The notes under the pieces: model-generated | Seen by the model: the letters and a program-made list of their open reading frames with translations, nothing else | What the model was told of the DNA's origin: nothing | Database searches by the model: none | Virus record (IMG/VR): IMGVR_UViG_3300029288_005873 | Coordinates: 352,001 to 416,000 of that record | Origin: a virus | Lineage: Duplodnaviria; Caudoviricetes | Length of the DNA stretch: 64,000 nucleotides | Reading direction: 5' to 3' (one strand) | Shown: positions 19,680 to 28,866 of the stretch, piece after piece | How positions within the stretch are numbered: the stretch's first letter is position 1 | Layout of the letters: each line of letters begins with the position of its first letter | Program-made: the position numbers and the translations under genes

Positions 19680-20656
19680 CGGTTATCCTCTTTATTCTGT
19701 TTTGCCTCTAATACTATCTTTTTGGCAGCATTCCATGATCCAAAAAGACGAATGGCGGTTACGGAACTAAACTCTCCCTGCCTATCGAAACAGGAACGGG
19801 AAATGTTGGTATTAGTTCCCATACAATTTTCAACAGCTTGGATTATTTGCTCTTTTGATATTCTTTGTCGTTTTGGTACAATTTTCCATTTGTGCTCATA
19901 ACCAGATACTGGGCAAGGTCCTATCCATTCCAAAAAAGCAGGCGCAACCAATCTTGACATGCGGATAATATTATATCCTCCACTATGATTATTCCTAGCG
20001 GATCGAAATCCAAGTTCTGTCAACAGTCTTGCTAATTTCTCTACTTCCCCTTTTGTAAACCCACAAGTTGAAAACTTAACAGTATTCTGTTCAATATAGC
20101 CATCTCCCAAATACCAATGTAAACATCGCGTTCTATTCAAAAAAATATTGGCTGGAATGACTTTAATACTTTGGGGATACCAAAGTTTTCTCAACTCTCC
20201 AAAAGTGATATTTGATGAGCTTCGAACTCTTTTCTGTGGTTTGCCTTTGTTCCTAGCGGGTAGAAACTCTTCGTTTTTCAAAGGCACACCGCAATTATAA
20301 AGTGATTGTCTCAGAAAATCCGAATAGAACCAATTCGCTGTAGAATGAGCAAAACAACCAGATTGTTCTATACTTCCATCACCAAGTAATTCTCCTTCAA
20401 TTATATCCAATGCTTTTTTGCTCAATAATATTGGTGGATCATGCGGTCTACCTGTTATAATACCAGCCTCTAGTTTGGCAGCAGATAAAGCTTTACTCCA
20501 TGATCCAAAATATCGTTTAAAAGTGACTGATCCAGGCATGTCTGGATCTTTATCTATCATTGATTTCGATAAATTCCTAGAGCCAACTTTATCAGAAAAA
20601 GCCAATAATTTTTCCACTAATTCCTTTTGGGTAAATTTTTTCATATGCCCTCCCAT
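19676..20656 (-). CDS. LAGLIDADG-type homing endonuclease flanked by two homing-endonuclease-associated repeats
   Basis: GELLGDG and HWYLGDG motifs; RYFGSWSKAL and RLFGSWNAA repeats. Confidence 0.85.
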   Translation of the reverse strand: MGGHMKKFTQKELVEKLLAFSDKVGSRNLSKSMIDKDPDMPGSVTFKRYFGSWSKALSAAKLEAGIITGRPHDPPILLSKKALDIIEGELLGDGSIEQSGCFAHSTANWFYSDFLRQSLYNCGVPLKNEEFLPARNKGKPQKRVRSSSNITFGELRKLWYPQSIKVIPANIFLNRTRCLHWYLGDGYIEQNTVKFSTCGFTKGEVEKLARLLTELGFRSARNNHSGGYNIIRMSRLVAPAFLEWIGPCPVSGYEHKWKIVPKRQRISKEQIIQAVENCMGTNTNISRSCFDRQGEFSSVTAIRLFGSWNAAKKIVLEAKQNKEDNR

Positions 20657-20710
20657 TTACAATATATCACCGTCTTATTTGGTTGTCAATATGTCGGGAA
20701 CATATTGAGC

Positions 20711-20746
20711 CAAAAAAATCGGACCGCATTTTGCGGTCCGATTTTA
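20711..20746 (-). terminator. Rho-independent terminator after the major capsid gene
   Basis: AAAATCGGACCGCA-AAA-TGCGGTCCGATTTTTTT: perfect stem plus U-tract. Confidence 0.9.
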
Positions 20747-20769
20747 TTTCAATCTATTACTGTTGAAAA

Positions 20770-21795
20770 CTAGCCAACAGCCACGTTTTTACGACCAACA
20801 GCAGTACCGCGCGGGTTCACAATACCAATACCGATGATCTCATTGACCACCCACCCAAGCTTTAACTGTTTAGGTTCATCAGCTGGCAATACCTCGATAT
20901 CCTGCCTAATAGGCATCACGCCCACGAACTCAGGGTCTGCGGTCCCGAAGACGGTGCCCGGAGGAACAATCTTCGACACGATGATGTCGGCGCCCCAGAT
21001 GTGAGCATAGAGACCAGTCTGGAGGATCTCGCGCATCGTCACGGGATCAACTTCTCCACCCGTTCCAGCAGCCTGACCACCACCAGAACCCCAGTTCAGG
21101 ATATCATTAAACTCAATGATATTCATGAGGAACTTAGTTGTTACAAGGTCCCAACGGTCAACCTGGACCTTGATCTCAGACAGGTCGCGCTTGAGCAGAC
21201 CAGCATCTGCGATATCCTGGGCAGTGTTCTCACCACCAAGGGTCGAGTCAGCTGCATAGTCGAGGGCTGCGAAGATATTGGCGTCTTCCTGAGCCTGGAT
21301 CTCCTGCCTCGCCTTCTGCTGAGCTCTGTCGATCACGTTGAACCGGCGCCTACGCACTTCAGCAATACGTACGGTTGGGTTCGAGACAAGCTCGAACTCG
21401 GGAACGGTCACACGGTCACCGAACACGCGGCTCTCAGGAGCAGCACCGTTCGAGGACACGACAACGGCCGCTACGTCAATATCGCGGTCGTACACGGGCA
21501 GGGCGCCCTGGGGCAGAGGGTCAATAACCAGAACTCGACGACCTACACCCTGATAATCAAGGTTTCGGCGGATCGGGTTAGCCATCGCCTGACCGAGGGC
21601 GATTTTGCCCTCCTGGGTAAGCAGAGCGCGCTTAATAAGCTCGTCACGCTGCTCGTCGTTAAACGACGGGGGCTGGGCAAGCCCGGTATTGGCGGGCTCC
21701 ATGTTTTCAAGAATCGTGGCATACTTTACGATCTGAGCGAGAGCGTCCTTAACATTGCCGGCGTTCATTTCGCCATGGGTATTAAACATAGACAT
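20770..21795 (-). CDS. Major capsid protein, HK97 fold (encapsulin-like sequence features)
   Basis: Follows the scaffold and decoration genes; strong SD and codon bias; PIRRNLDYQGVGRR...PLPQG, P(EF)EL...EDANIF and a C-terminal GIVNP pattern. Confidence 0.88.
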   Translation of the reverse strand: MSMFNTHGEMNAGNVKDALAQIVKYATILENMEPANTGLAQPPSFNDEQRDELIKRALLTQEGKIALGQAMANPIRRNLDYQGVGRRVLVIDPLPQGALPVYDRDIDVAAVVVSSNGAAPESRVFGDRVTVPEFELVSNPTVRIAEVRRRRFNVIDRAQQKARQEIQAQEDANIFAALDYAADSTLGGENTAQDIADAGLLKRDLSEIKVQVDRWDLVTTKFLMNIIEFNDILNWGSGGGQAAGTGGEVDPVTMREILQTGLYAHIWGADIIVSKIVPPGTVFGTADPEFVGVMPIRQDIEVLPADEPKQLKLGWVVNEIIGIGIVNPRGTAVGRKNVAVG

Positions 21796-21925
21796 TTGTC
21801 CTTCTCCTCCTATTGGATGTCTTTCTCTCCTTTCTTCCTAAGTTCCCCAAAGGGGAACGGTGTTACATAAAACTCTTTCACTGTGTCTTGCGGGAAATCA
21901 CTTTCCCGCAAGACGAAAGTTTTCA

Positions 21926-22579
21926 CTACTCGACGAAGTAGGAGATCACAGCATGCTCCCAAGCGGTCGCGGCGCCAACAAGCGAGGCTGGCGTACGGAC
22001 GAGGGAACGGGCAGTGGACTCGAACTCCACGAAGCGAGCGACAACTGGACCAGCGGCATCAACGGAACGGGCCTGGGTCGGAGTGAGAACGCCTAGGATG
22101 GTCGGGTAGATTCTGGACTGCGGAACCAGCGATGTGTTACTGGGGAGCAGACCGAGAGATACGCTGGTGTCAACAGCATCAAGAGTGACGCCATAAAGAC
22201 CAGGCTTATCCCAAGCAGTCACCTTTCCAGAACCAGAGGCAGTGTGAGGTCCAAGGTTTGTTCCTGTGGTCGAGAGACCAGCGGGAATTCCAATCACCTG
22301 ACCAAACAGGGTGCCGTATCCCGAAGTACCATCGTCGGTAAGCCACAGTGGACGAGCAGTAGAAACTGCAACGTTCAGCGTAAGACCAACACGCATACTC
22401 TGGGTGTAATTGGTGTATCCATCGAGCACATCGGCCGCAGCCTTCTCAGTAGCGGTATTGGTGCGCGAAAGAGCAACCAGGGTACAGATCTCTCCGCCCT
22501 TGACGCTAGAGAGATATCCGTCCTCGAAATCGAACTGACCAAGCGGCTGAATGCCGGGGTTAAGGATCTTGAGAGCCAT
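21926..22579 (-). CDS. Head decoration/cement protein (start revised to MALKILNPG)
   Basis: AGGAG-n-ATG at 22579; immediately upstream of the MCP; SGKVTAWDKPGLY motif paralogous to 28162..28857. Confidence 0.7.
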   Translation of the reverse strand: MALKILNPGIQPLGQFDFEDGYLSSVKGGEICTLVALSRTNTATEKAAADVLDGYTNYTQSMRVGLTLNVAVSTARPLWLTDDGTSGYGTLFGQVIGIPAGLSTTGTNLGPHTASGSGKVTAWDKPGLYGVTLDAVDTSVSLGLLPSNTSLVPQSRIYPTILGVLTPTQARSVDAAGPVVARFVEFESTARSLVRTPASLVGAATAWEHAVISYFVE

Positions 22580-22663
22580 TTTTTTTTGTCTCCTATTGCC
22601 GCTGGAGGTTACTCCTCCTGCGGAAGTTGTCTTTGTCCTGGCCCTATGGGCCTTGTCAATAGT

Positions 22664-22686
22664 ATGCGAAACTATTGATAGTTTTT
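22664..22686 (-). promoter_or_regulatory. Putative late promoter motif, copy 3 (drives decoration and MCP genes)
   Basis: AAAAAC TATCAATA GTTTC GCAT. Confidence 0.7.
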
Positions 22687-22728
22687 CATGAAAAAAATCG
22701 GTGCTTTGCGCTACTGCCAAAAAATCCT

Positions 22729-24006
22729 TTATTGCCAACCCTTTGGAGCCACGCGATCGGCAACTGCCAATAAGCGACGTAGATTATCAGGTTCCATTAC
22801 AGTGCCGTCTGGACGCAATATTGAACCATTGATATCCCAACCACGACGACCAATGATCTCGGCAGTCTCTGGATTTCCGCTAAAAACTGCGTCGAGCTTA
22901 TCTTCAAGACGACGGATTGCGTTCATGGTAGCAGTATCTAGTTTTCCACTATGTAAAGTACCAAAACCACGTTCAGATAGAAGCTCCTGAATTTCCGTTA
23001 TGCGATCGGGTCCAGGAAGTTCCTGCTTTACAGCCTGCGGCTTTTTTGCCTGGAATTTAGCCATTGCTTTATTAGCCACATTCGACAAAGCGTTTATGGA
23101 AAGTCTGGTATCCTCAAAAGTTTTTTTGAGGTCTGAAAATTTTTCATTCAGTCTAGACTTTGCTCCAAGCCCAAGTTTATACCATTCTTCAGGCATTGCA
23201 ACCATAGCCTCGACAATCGTAGAGGCTTGAGTCATGTCTGTTTCAAAGTTATCAAGCGCTGTACTGTATTTAGCAAGCCCAGCCTTATCATCTGGAAGCG
23301 GCATCGGTTGCCTAAATTTTGCAATATACGGTCCAAGGATTGATTGTAACTTATTCGCAAGACCAGCAAGCTCAGGTTTTTCGCCTACAGATGAAGCTGT
23401 ATCTAAAACATCCTGTATGTCGGTGGCAAGACCTTCACGCACGCTTGTAAGCTTTGACCCAAACCAATTCCATGCCCCAACGCCAAGTCCTCCCCACATC
23501 AGTAGCTTGGCTACAGGGGCTAATAGTGAAAGGAATGCCTCCTTATGGAGGCTATCGACGAAAGGGAAGGAAGCTAGCCTCTCAATGGTCAAATCGACCC
23601 TTGCCGCAGCTTCTGCCTTGCCTTCGCCTTCTAGATCATTTGCTAGCGAAACTAGGATCTCAACAAGGCTAGCATGTTTTCCAGTAAGCGCACCGGTCGG
23701 CATACATGTAGCAATCTCGATATCCTTATCCTGCTGTTGAACTATATTCTCGACAAGTGCTCCATCGCCCATAGATTCAGCTGGTTTAGCATCCTTTGGA
23801 TGCGCCTTACCAACAAGATCCTCGCCCGTCTCTTTAGTAACATTGTATTCTTTTCCAGGTTCATACCGTCTATGGTCCTTTACGGGCGTCTCCTTGTCGG
23901 TGTTTCCGACAACGGGTTTGCCGAGGTCCGAGACGATAAGGCCGCTTTCGGCGGCGATCTTGGCGAACTCGTCCATCACCAGGCTGCCGTTCCATTCTCT
24001 GCTCAT
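22729..24006 (-). CDS. Putative internal head/ejection protein (AHP module, helical tag, hydrophobic segment, PG-binding-like C-terminus)
   Basis: Modules shared with 25016..27802 and the scaffold; SGKLDTAT. Confidence 0.6.
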   Translation of the reverse strand: MSREWNGSLVMDEFAKIAAESGLIVSDLGKPVVGNTDKETPVKDHRRYEPGKEYNVTKETGEDLVGKAHPKDAKPAESMGDGALVENIVQQQDKDIEIATCMPTGALTGKHASLVEILVSLANDLEGEGKAEAAARVDLTIERLASFPFVDSLHKEAFLSLLAPVAKLLMWGGLGVGAWNWFGSKLTSVREGLATDIQDVLDTASSVGEKPELAGLANKLQSILGPYIAKFRQPMPLPDDKAGLAKYSTALDNFETDMTQASTIVEAMVAMPEEWYKLGLGAKSRLNEKFSDLKKTFEDTRLSINALSNVANKAMAKFQAKKPQAVKQELPGPDRITEIQELLSERGFGTLHSGKLDTATMNAIRRLEDKLDAVFSGNPETAEIIGRRGWDINGSILRPDGTVMEPDNLRRLLAVADRVAPKGWQ

Positions 24007-25013
24007 CTTGGTCCTCCAAATGCGCCTTCCAGCTCCTTCTCGGTTTGCGATTTTCGATCAGCTGGGGCTTCTTTCGTGTATGTTGCTTGCGGCAAAAGTA
24101 TCCTGGCCATTTCAGCCAGCGGGGGTGCCGCAAATGTCCTGTAACTATTTATTTCCTGGATTGGGGCACCACCATGCGCTGCGCCAACCTCGGTCAAAAC
24201 CCTTTTCATCTCTTTGGATCCTACCGGAGAATATCCCTTCAAATCGATAAAGATACGCGAAAAAGGTTTTCCTGCCCTATCCTTTATAGCATTATCAAGA
24301 GTCATAATTAGCGATCTCTCGACATTATTTGCTGTATTCATATAAAGACGCATACCCGGAGCCGATGGTGCTTGGTTACCTGATGTCTGAGACGTTGTCC
24401 CATTACCTATACCGACCATATTTAGCATAGCTCCAGTTCCAGCATGAAGACCAAAACCAATTATTACAGCTTTCAAAAGTTGGTACAATGCGCCGCTGAT
24501 TAGCCCTTTTGAAGCATATCCTCCCATTCCCATGAGAGATCGAAACTTTGAGGCAAGATTACCCGCAGCTTCTTTGCCAATATTATCTGAACCATGCGTC
24601 CAAGCTACAACTAAAGATTGTCTATCAATTGTGCCACGTTTCTCAAGCTCGGCGCGAAATGCGGACGATTTTCCCAATAATCCACCAACAAGACGATCTA
24701 CAATCCCGCCAGAGGCTGATTCTAAGGACGATTCCGATACTGGTCCAGTATTTCCACTCCCAGGTCCTTTACCTATTGCCCTATCTATCCAGGCACCTAT
24801 AGTACCAGCATCAACTCCAAGAACCTCCTTGGAAGCAGAAAATAGGAGGGATAGAATCCACCTTCCCTTAAGCATTAAAATCCCAGGAACAACATATTGG
24901 AGAAGTATCTCAAATGGACGCTCCTGAATCTGTCTAATGTTCCCGAACTCTTTGATCGCTTGCTGTACAAAGGTGTTCGCAATCCCTTGGAGGTCAAGAG
25001 CCTGTTTTTCCAT
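24003..25013 (-). CDS. Putative internal head/ejection protein with hydrophobic Gly-rich segments
   Basis: Position in the head cluster; KQA/KEA sites. Confidence 0.55.
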   Translation of the reverse strand: MEKQALDLQGIANTFVQQAIKEFGNIRQIQERPFEILLQYVVPGILMLKGRWILSLLFSASKEVLGVDAGTIGAWIDRAIGKGPGSGNTGPVSESSLESASGGIVDRLVGGLLGKSSAFRAELEKRGTIDRQSLVVAWTHGSDNIGKEAAGNLASKFRSLMGMGGYASKGLISGALYQLLKAVIIGFGLHAGTGAMLNMVGIGNGTTSQTSGNQAPSAPGMRLYMNTANNVERSLIMTLDNAIKDRAGKPFSRIFIDLKGYSPVGSKEMKRVLTEVGAAHGGAPIQEINSYRTFAAPPLAEMARILLPQATYTKEAPADRKSQTEKELEGAFGGPR

Positions 25014-25015
25014 GG

Positions 25016-27802
25016 CTACCGTCCCTTTGGAAGTGTCGTGTATATGTCGTGAATTTCGCCCTGCCTAAGGCGTAGTTCACTAAGTAGATCGTCCCTCATT
25101 GGCCTTGGAGCCCTCATTGTAGTATTTTGTAGCCGGGCGATCTCTTTACGCAGAAAATCTATTACCTCATGCGCAATAACATATGGTTCGCCTTCTCTTT
25201 TTGTCTTATCCCACCAATACCTCTGAGCCCATGACGCAAAAGCTGCTGGATCATTTGTGAATCCAGAAAGCTCTGGCAAATTATATACTTGGTCCTCCAA
25301 TGATGATTTGACTGGAGTCGATTCGTGACTATTACCATGTGTACCGTGTGCGCCTTCTAGTGTCCCAAATTCTCCAATACCACCATGCTGTTTACGCCCT
25401 TGTTCACTAGAGTCAGGCATACGATATGAAGGGATACCAGTACCTATTCCTCTTAACTGACCAATAAGTCGGTCCATAATTGCTGCCCGAGCCTGAACAT
25501 CTACACCTTCTTTGGCAAGTGCCCAGCTTTCATCACTATCGTCGCGCTCCAATGATTGCGCATATGCCTGTGCTAGCTTTAGTGCAATAGCTGCGTTCTC
25601 TTTTGGCGAGTTCTTGGCCGATATGCCGCTGTTCGGCTGAGCTGACAACGACTTGATAAAAGCTTGCGCATCAGAAAGACTCTTTTCCTGAACCTTTATT
25701 CCAGGTGCGATACTAACAGTAGCACGTGCAGAATAAAGCCGTCCAAGATGCTTTGCCATATTGAGAGCACCATTGATAGCCTGATCACTTGGACCATTGC
25801 CAGCTGGTGCGGGCGGTCGACCGATATCCCAACCAGGACCTTTGCGCTCTATAATTGCATTACGAAGAGCATTCCATGCATTCCATGTCTCAGAACCCCA
25901 TTTACCGTCAGCCTGATGCGACGGCAGAGGAATACCTGCCGACATCATAGCATTCTGTAGCTGCTGTAAATTTGGGCGTTGTTTCTTAGCTACGCCTTTG
26001 CCACGCGGAGCCGGTGCGCCTTTACTTGGAGTCTTGGCTGGAGCATTTCCTGGCACCGGCAGATCAAGCGGTCCAATAGGTGCGCCGGGGATTCCAACTG
26101 GGGGAGCAGCCTCACGTACAATTTTATCGTTTTTAATAGAAGCAAAAAGGTCAGCCAATTTCGGATTACCTTTTAAGGGTCTAAGATAGCTGTTCCACAG
26201 AATTTTGTTGTATTCGTTTAGTGTACCCCTTTCAGAAAGGGAAGTTGGCTCTTTTTGTTGGCGCAATTTCTTCAGCCAATCTATTGTCTCGTTCAACTTT
26301 CCCTTAAGCATACGGTTTGCTTCAGTTTCCTTTACTGGATCCGGAAGTGCTTTAACAAGCCCATTTAGAAGCATATCGACAGTGCCAAGGTATCGTTTAT
26401 GCGAAAGCTTTAGCACATCACGAAGCTGTTTTTCGTATGCCTGCTCTTTTGGCGATGTATCGTGAAACCACTCTGGATGCTGTTGTTCAGCAATAGTCAA
26501 ATTGGCTTTGATTCCACGCAAATATGCCCCAATCATAAGCATAGTCCCAGAAGGAGCACCAGCCCGAAGCGACTGCTCAATCTCTGGAAATTCCTTATCC
26601 AATGCTGCCGTAACTTTAGCTTCAGTCTTTGTACTATTATCGCGCTGAGCATTATACAGATCGCGCTGATAGTTTTTCAGCTTTGCTATTGTTTCAGCTT
26701 TGTTGCGAACATATTCTGGCTCGTGTTGAGCCCAATCATTTATTTTTTCACGTAACGCATCTATGAGGGCGACTATCCCCCATAGTGCTACTTTAACGAC
26801 GAAAGGGCGGGGGGAGCCCTCCCTCAACTCGTCGAGTGTCTTATCGACAAGCAGGGCGGCCTCCGTCTTACCCTCGGCATCCAGCCTGTTGGCCAAAGCT
26901 ACAAGCTGCTGTGCCACAAAAACAGCTTGTTTGCCTGTAGGTTTTGTCTCCACCACCTTTATGTCTCTTTTCTGCTGCTCGACCACAGTCTCTACTTTAC
27001 CGCCCTCTTCTTTAGCGGGAGCCATAGTTGGTCCGCCGCCAGGATGAGCCTCACCAATAAGCTGTTCTCCAGTTTCACCAGTAATATCATATAGCTTATC
27101 AATAGCCTCTTTATAGATCCTAAGCTGCTCGTCTACTGCCTCTGCAATTTTTGTCTCGCCCATGTCGTCGAGGTCGTTGGCAAGCGACACAAGTTCGGTA
27201 ACTATAGCCGAGGCTTTGGGCGCAAGTTCTTTTATTGTAGGGTACTGCCATGGCTGTGTCATGTGAGGCTCCTTGATCAGTTCCAATGGCGCAGAGGGTT
27301 CCTTTGGAATTTCCTCCTTAACTGCTGCTGGGGCAGGTATGCGCCTTTTCTGAGCAATGTCTGTGAGAAACGACAATATATTCATGAGTGTGTTAACATT
27401 TGGACGTACACTCGTAAGTCGTGAGACAAGGTCTGTCAAATTTTGTTGCCCTAAAACAAGAGCTATTTCGGAAAGAGTTGTAAGTGTCTTGGGTCCCCAT
27501 TTTCCATCCACACCATTAGGAGCGGATTTTGTAGCCAACGCAGCTCTGAATCGTGGAGCTATACTGGACATGATCCCTTGGATCTGCTTAACAAGACCCT
27601 CGACATATTCACCAGATTGCTCGGAGACTCTCTCTTCAGAATTTGATTGATCCTGATTATTAATCATATGCTCAGGTATATGCTCTGGCTCTGGAGCAAA
27701 TGTTGGCTCTTGGGCGGAATGCTTTACCATCCATCCTTTTTCGGCAGCTATGGCCTCAAACTCGCGCATAACTGCACTCTCGCCTTGTCTCATGTGACGC
27801 AT
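25016..27802 (-). CDS. Large putative internal head protein with two peptidoglycan-binding-like domains
   Basis: VDGKWGPKT and ADGKWGSET (PG_binding_1-like); two helical tags; AHP module. Confidence 0.65.
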   Translation of the reverse strand: MRHMRQGESAVMREFEAIAAEKGWMVKHSAQEPTFAPEPEHIPEHMINNQDQSNSEERVSEQSGEYVEGLVKQIQGIMSSIAPRFRAALATKSAPNGVDGKWGPKTLTTLSEIALVLGQQNLTDLVSRLTSVRPNVNTLMNILSFLTDIAQKRRIPAPAAVKEEIPKEPSAPLELIKEPHMTQPWQYPTIKELAPKASAIVTELVSLANDLDDMGETKIAEAVDEQLRIYKEAIDKLYDITGETGEQLIGEAHPGGGPTMAPAKEEGGKVETVVEQQKRDIKVVETKPTGKQAVFVAQQLVALANRLDAEGKTEAALLVDKTLDELREGSPRPFVVKVALWGIVALIDALREKINDWAQHEPEYVRNKAETIAKLKNYQRDLYNAQRDNSTKTEAKVTAALDKEFPEIEQSLRAGAPSGTMLMIGAYLRGIKANLTIAEQQHPEWFHDTSPKEQAYEKQLRDVLKLSHKRYLGTVDMLLNGLVKALPDPVKETEANRMLKGKLNETIDWLKKLRQQKEPTSLSERGTLNEYNKILWNSYLRPLKGNPKLADLFASIKNDKIVREAAPPVGIPGAPIGPLDLPVPGNAPAKTPSKGAPAPRGKGVAKKQRPNLQQLQNAMMSAGIPLPSHQADGKWGSETWNAWNALRNAIIERKGPGWDIGRPPAPAGNGPSDQAINGALNMAKHLGRLYSARATVSIAPGIKVQEKSLSDAQAFIKSLSAQPNSGISAKNSPKENAAIALKLAQAYAQSLERDDSDESWALAKEGVDVQARAAIMDRLIGQLRGIGTGIPSYRMPDSSEQGRKQHGGIGEFGTLEGAHGTHGNSHESTPVKSSLEDQVYNLPELSGFTNDPAAFASWAQRYWWDKTKREGEPYVIAHEVIDFLRKEIARLQNTTMRAPRPMRDDLLSELRLRQGEIHDIYTTLPKGR

Positions 27803-27803
27803 C

Positions 27804-28217
27804 TTATTTTCCTCCGGCGATATCTTTGATGGCGCAAAGCGCCCTTTCTATACGATAAGCGATTTTCGTACGCCTAGCTTCAGCGATATCTTGCGCCATC
27901 TTTTCAATAGCTTCAACCAGCGCCACGTCTGCAGCAAAAGCCTTTGGCTCTACGTTATCCAATTCTGGAGCCTTTGGCTCCTCAATATCTTCATCTTCCC
28001 AGGTCTCTTCCTGGATAGGTTGGAAAGCCTCAGCAGGCGTACCTGTAAGCAAGTTAGTCTCTTTGGCTATTTTTTCAAGCTCAGACATTACTTCGCTTGC
28101 CTGCCATGCACGCTTGTCCTCTGGTACAAAAGCCATCGAAATCCTCCTAGAATAATAACATTTACAACCAAAGAAACTCAAGAGTACCAATAAGTGCAGA
28201 AGGTGGGGCTGTAACAA
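27804..28217 (-). CDS. Small head-associated protein (start probably MAFVPE)
   Basis: WQASEVMSELEKIA shared with the N-termini of 22729 and 25016. Confidence 0.6.
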   Translation of the reverse strand: MLQPHLLHLLVLLSFFGCKCYYSRRISMAFVPEDKRAWQASEVMSELEKIAKETNLLTGTPAEAFQPIQEETWEDEDIEEPKAPELDNVEPKAFAADVALVEAIEKMAQDIAEARRTKIAYRIERALCAIKDIAGGK

Positions 28218-28857
28218 GTCCTATAGCAGGGTGGTTTGGTGTAGCCTGCTTTGTAGTCAACTTGCCCTCCTCGTTCACAAAAAGAGCCGCATTGAGCGGA
28301 TATTTCTGCGTTGAGTCATACTGGTCGGTAGCATATATGCCGCGAGTAATCCATATTGTTATTCTGTTGCTCCCGACAGTTGTGTCCTCGCCAGGTAGAT
28401 TTGGAACCCTATATACGTAACTTACAACAGTTTTGATACTATCAGGTCTTCCGTCTCCATCTGAATCGTAGTTGAGTACACTTCCAGCTGGAGCCATAAG
28501 TACACCATTAACAGGATTCAAAACAAGATTTTCATAGTCAGCGACAAAGCTTGATGCAACCACATCGGCAAAGCGTAATTCCTGTTTAACATCAGTCGTA
28601 CTTACCCAACGTCCATAGGCATCAAGAATTCCTGTAGCTGGAATGACCACAATTTCATCAGGCGATGGTTTTGTAAACGCCGTAGTTCTAGCGTCATCTA
28701 TAATACCAAAAGGTGTTGTCCCATCAGAAAGTCCAGCAACAATATCCTGACCAAACAGCGTGAGCTGAGCAATACAGCCAGGCTCGAACACCGATGAGGA
28801 GTCGACTGGATAAGACACTGGCAGCGCATTGCCTATCTGTATCAGCTGCAGAACCAT
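28162..28857 (-). CDS. Second head-decoration-like protein
   Basis: GSNRITIW..RGIYATDQYD...LFVNEEGKLT; paralogous layout to 21926..22579. Confidence 0.6.
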   Translation of the reverse strand: MVLQLIQIGNALPVSYPVDSSSVFEPGCIAQLTLFGQDIVAGLSDGTTPFGIIDDARTTAFTKPSPDEIVVIPATGILDAYGRWVSTTDVKQELRFADVVASSFVADYENLVLNPVNGVLMAPAGSVLNYDSDGDGRPDSIKTVVSYVYRVPNLPGEDTTVGSNRITIWITRGIYATDQYDSTQKYPLNAALFVNEEGKLTTKQATPNHPAIGLVTAPPSALIGTLEFLWL

Positions 28858-28866
28858 GTTTGTTCC

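Noticed and set aside
20770-21795. Cellular encapsulin operon rather than a phage
   Set aside because: Terminase, portal, prohead protease, neck and fibre genes in the same operon indicate a tailed virus.
21001-21870. 289-aa plus-strand ORF
   Set aside because: Antisense shadow of the strongly codon-biased capsid gene; no SD or recognisable motifs.
22580-22738. N-terminal extension of the decoration ORF / A-run frameshift site
   Set aside because: The region holds the promoter motif, a structured leader and an AGGAG SD, so the ATG at 22579 is the better start.
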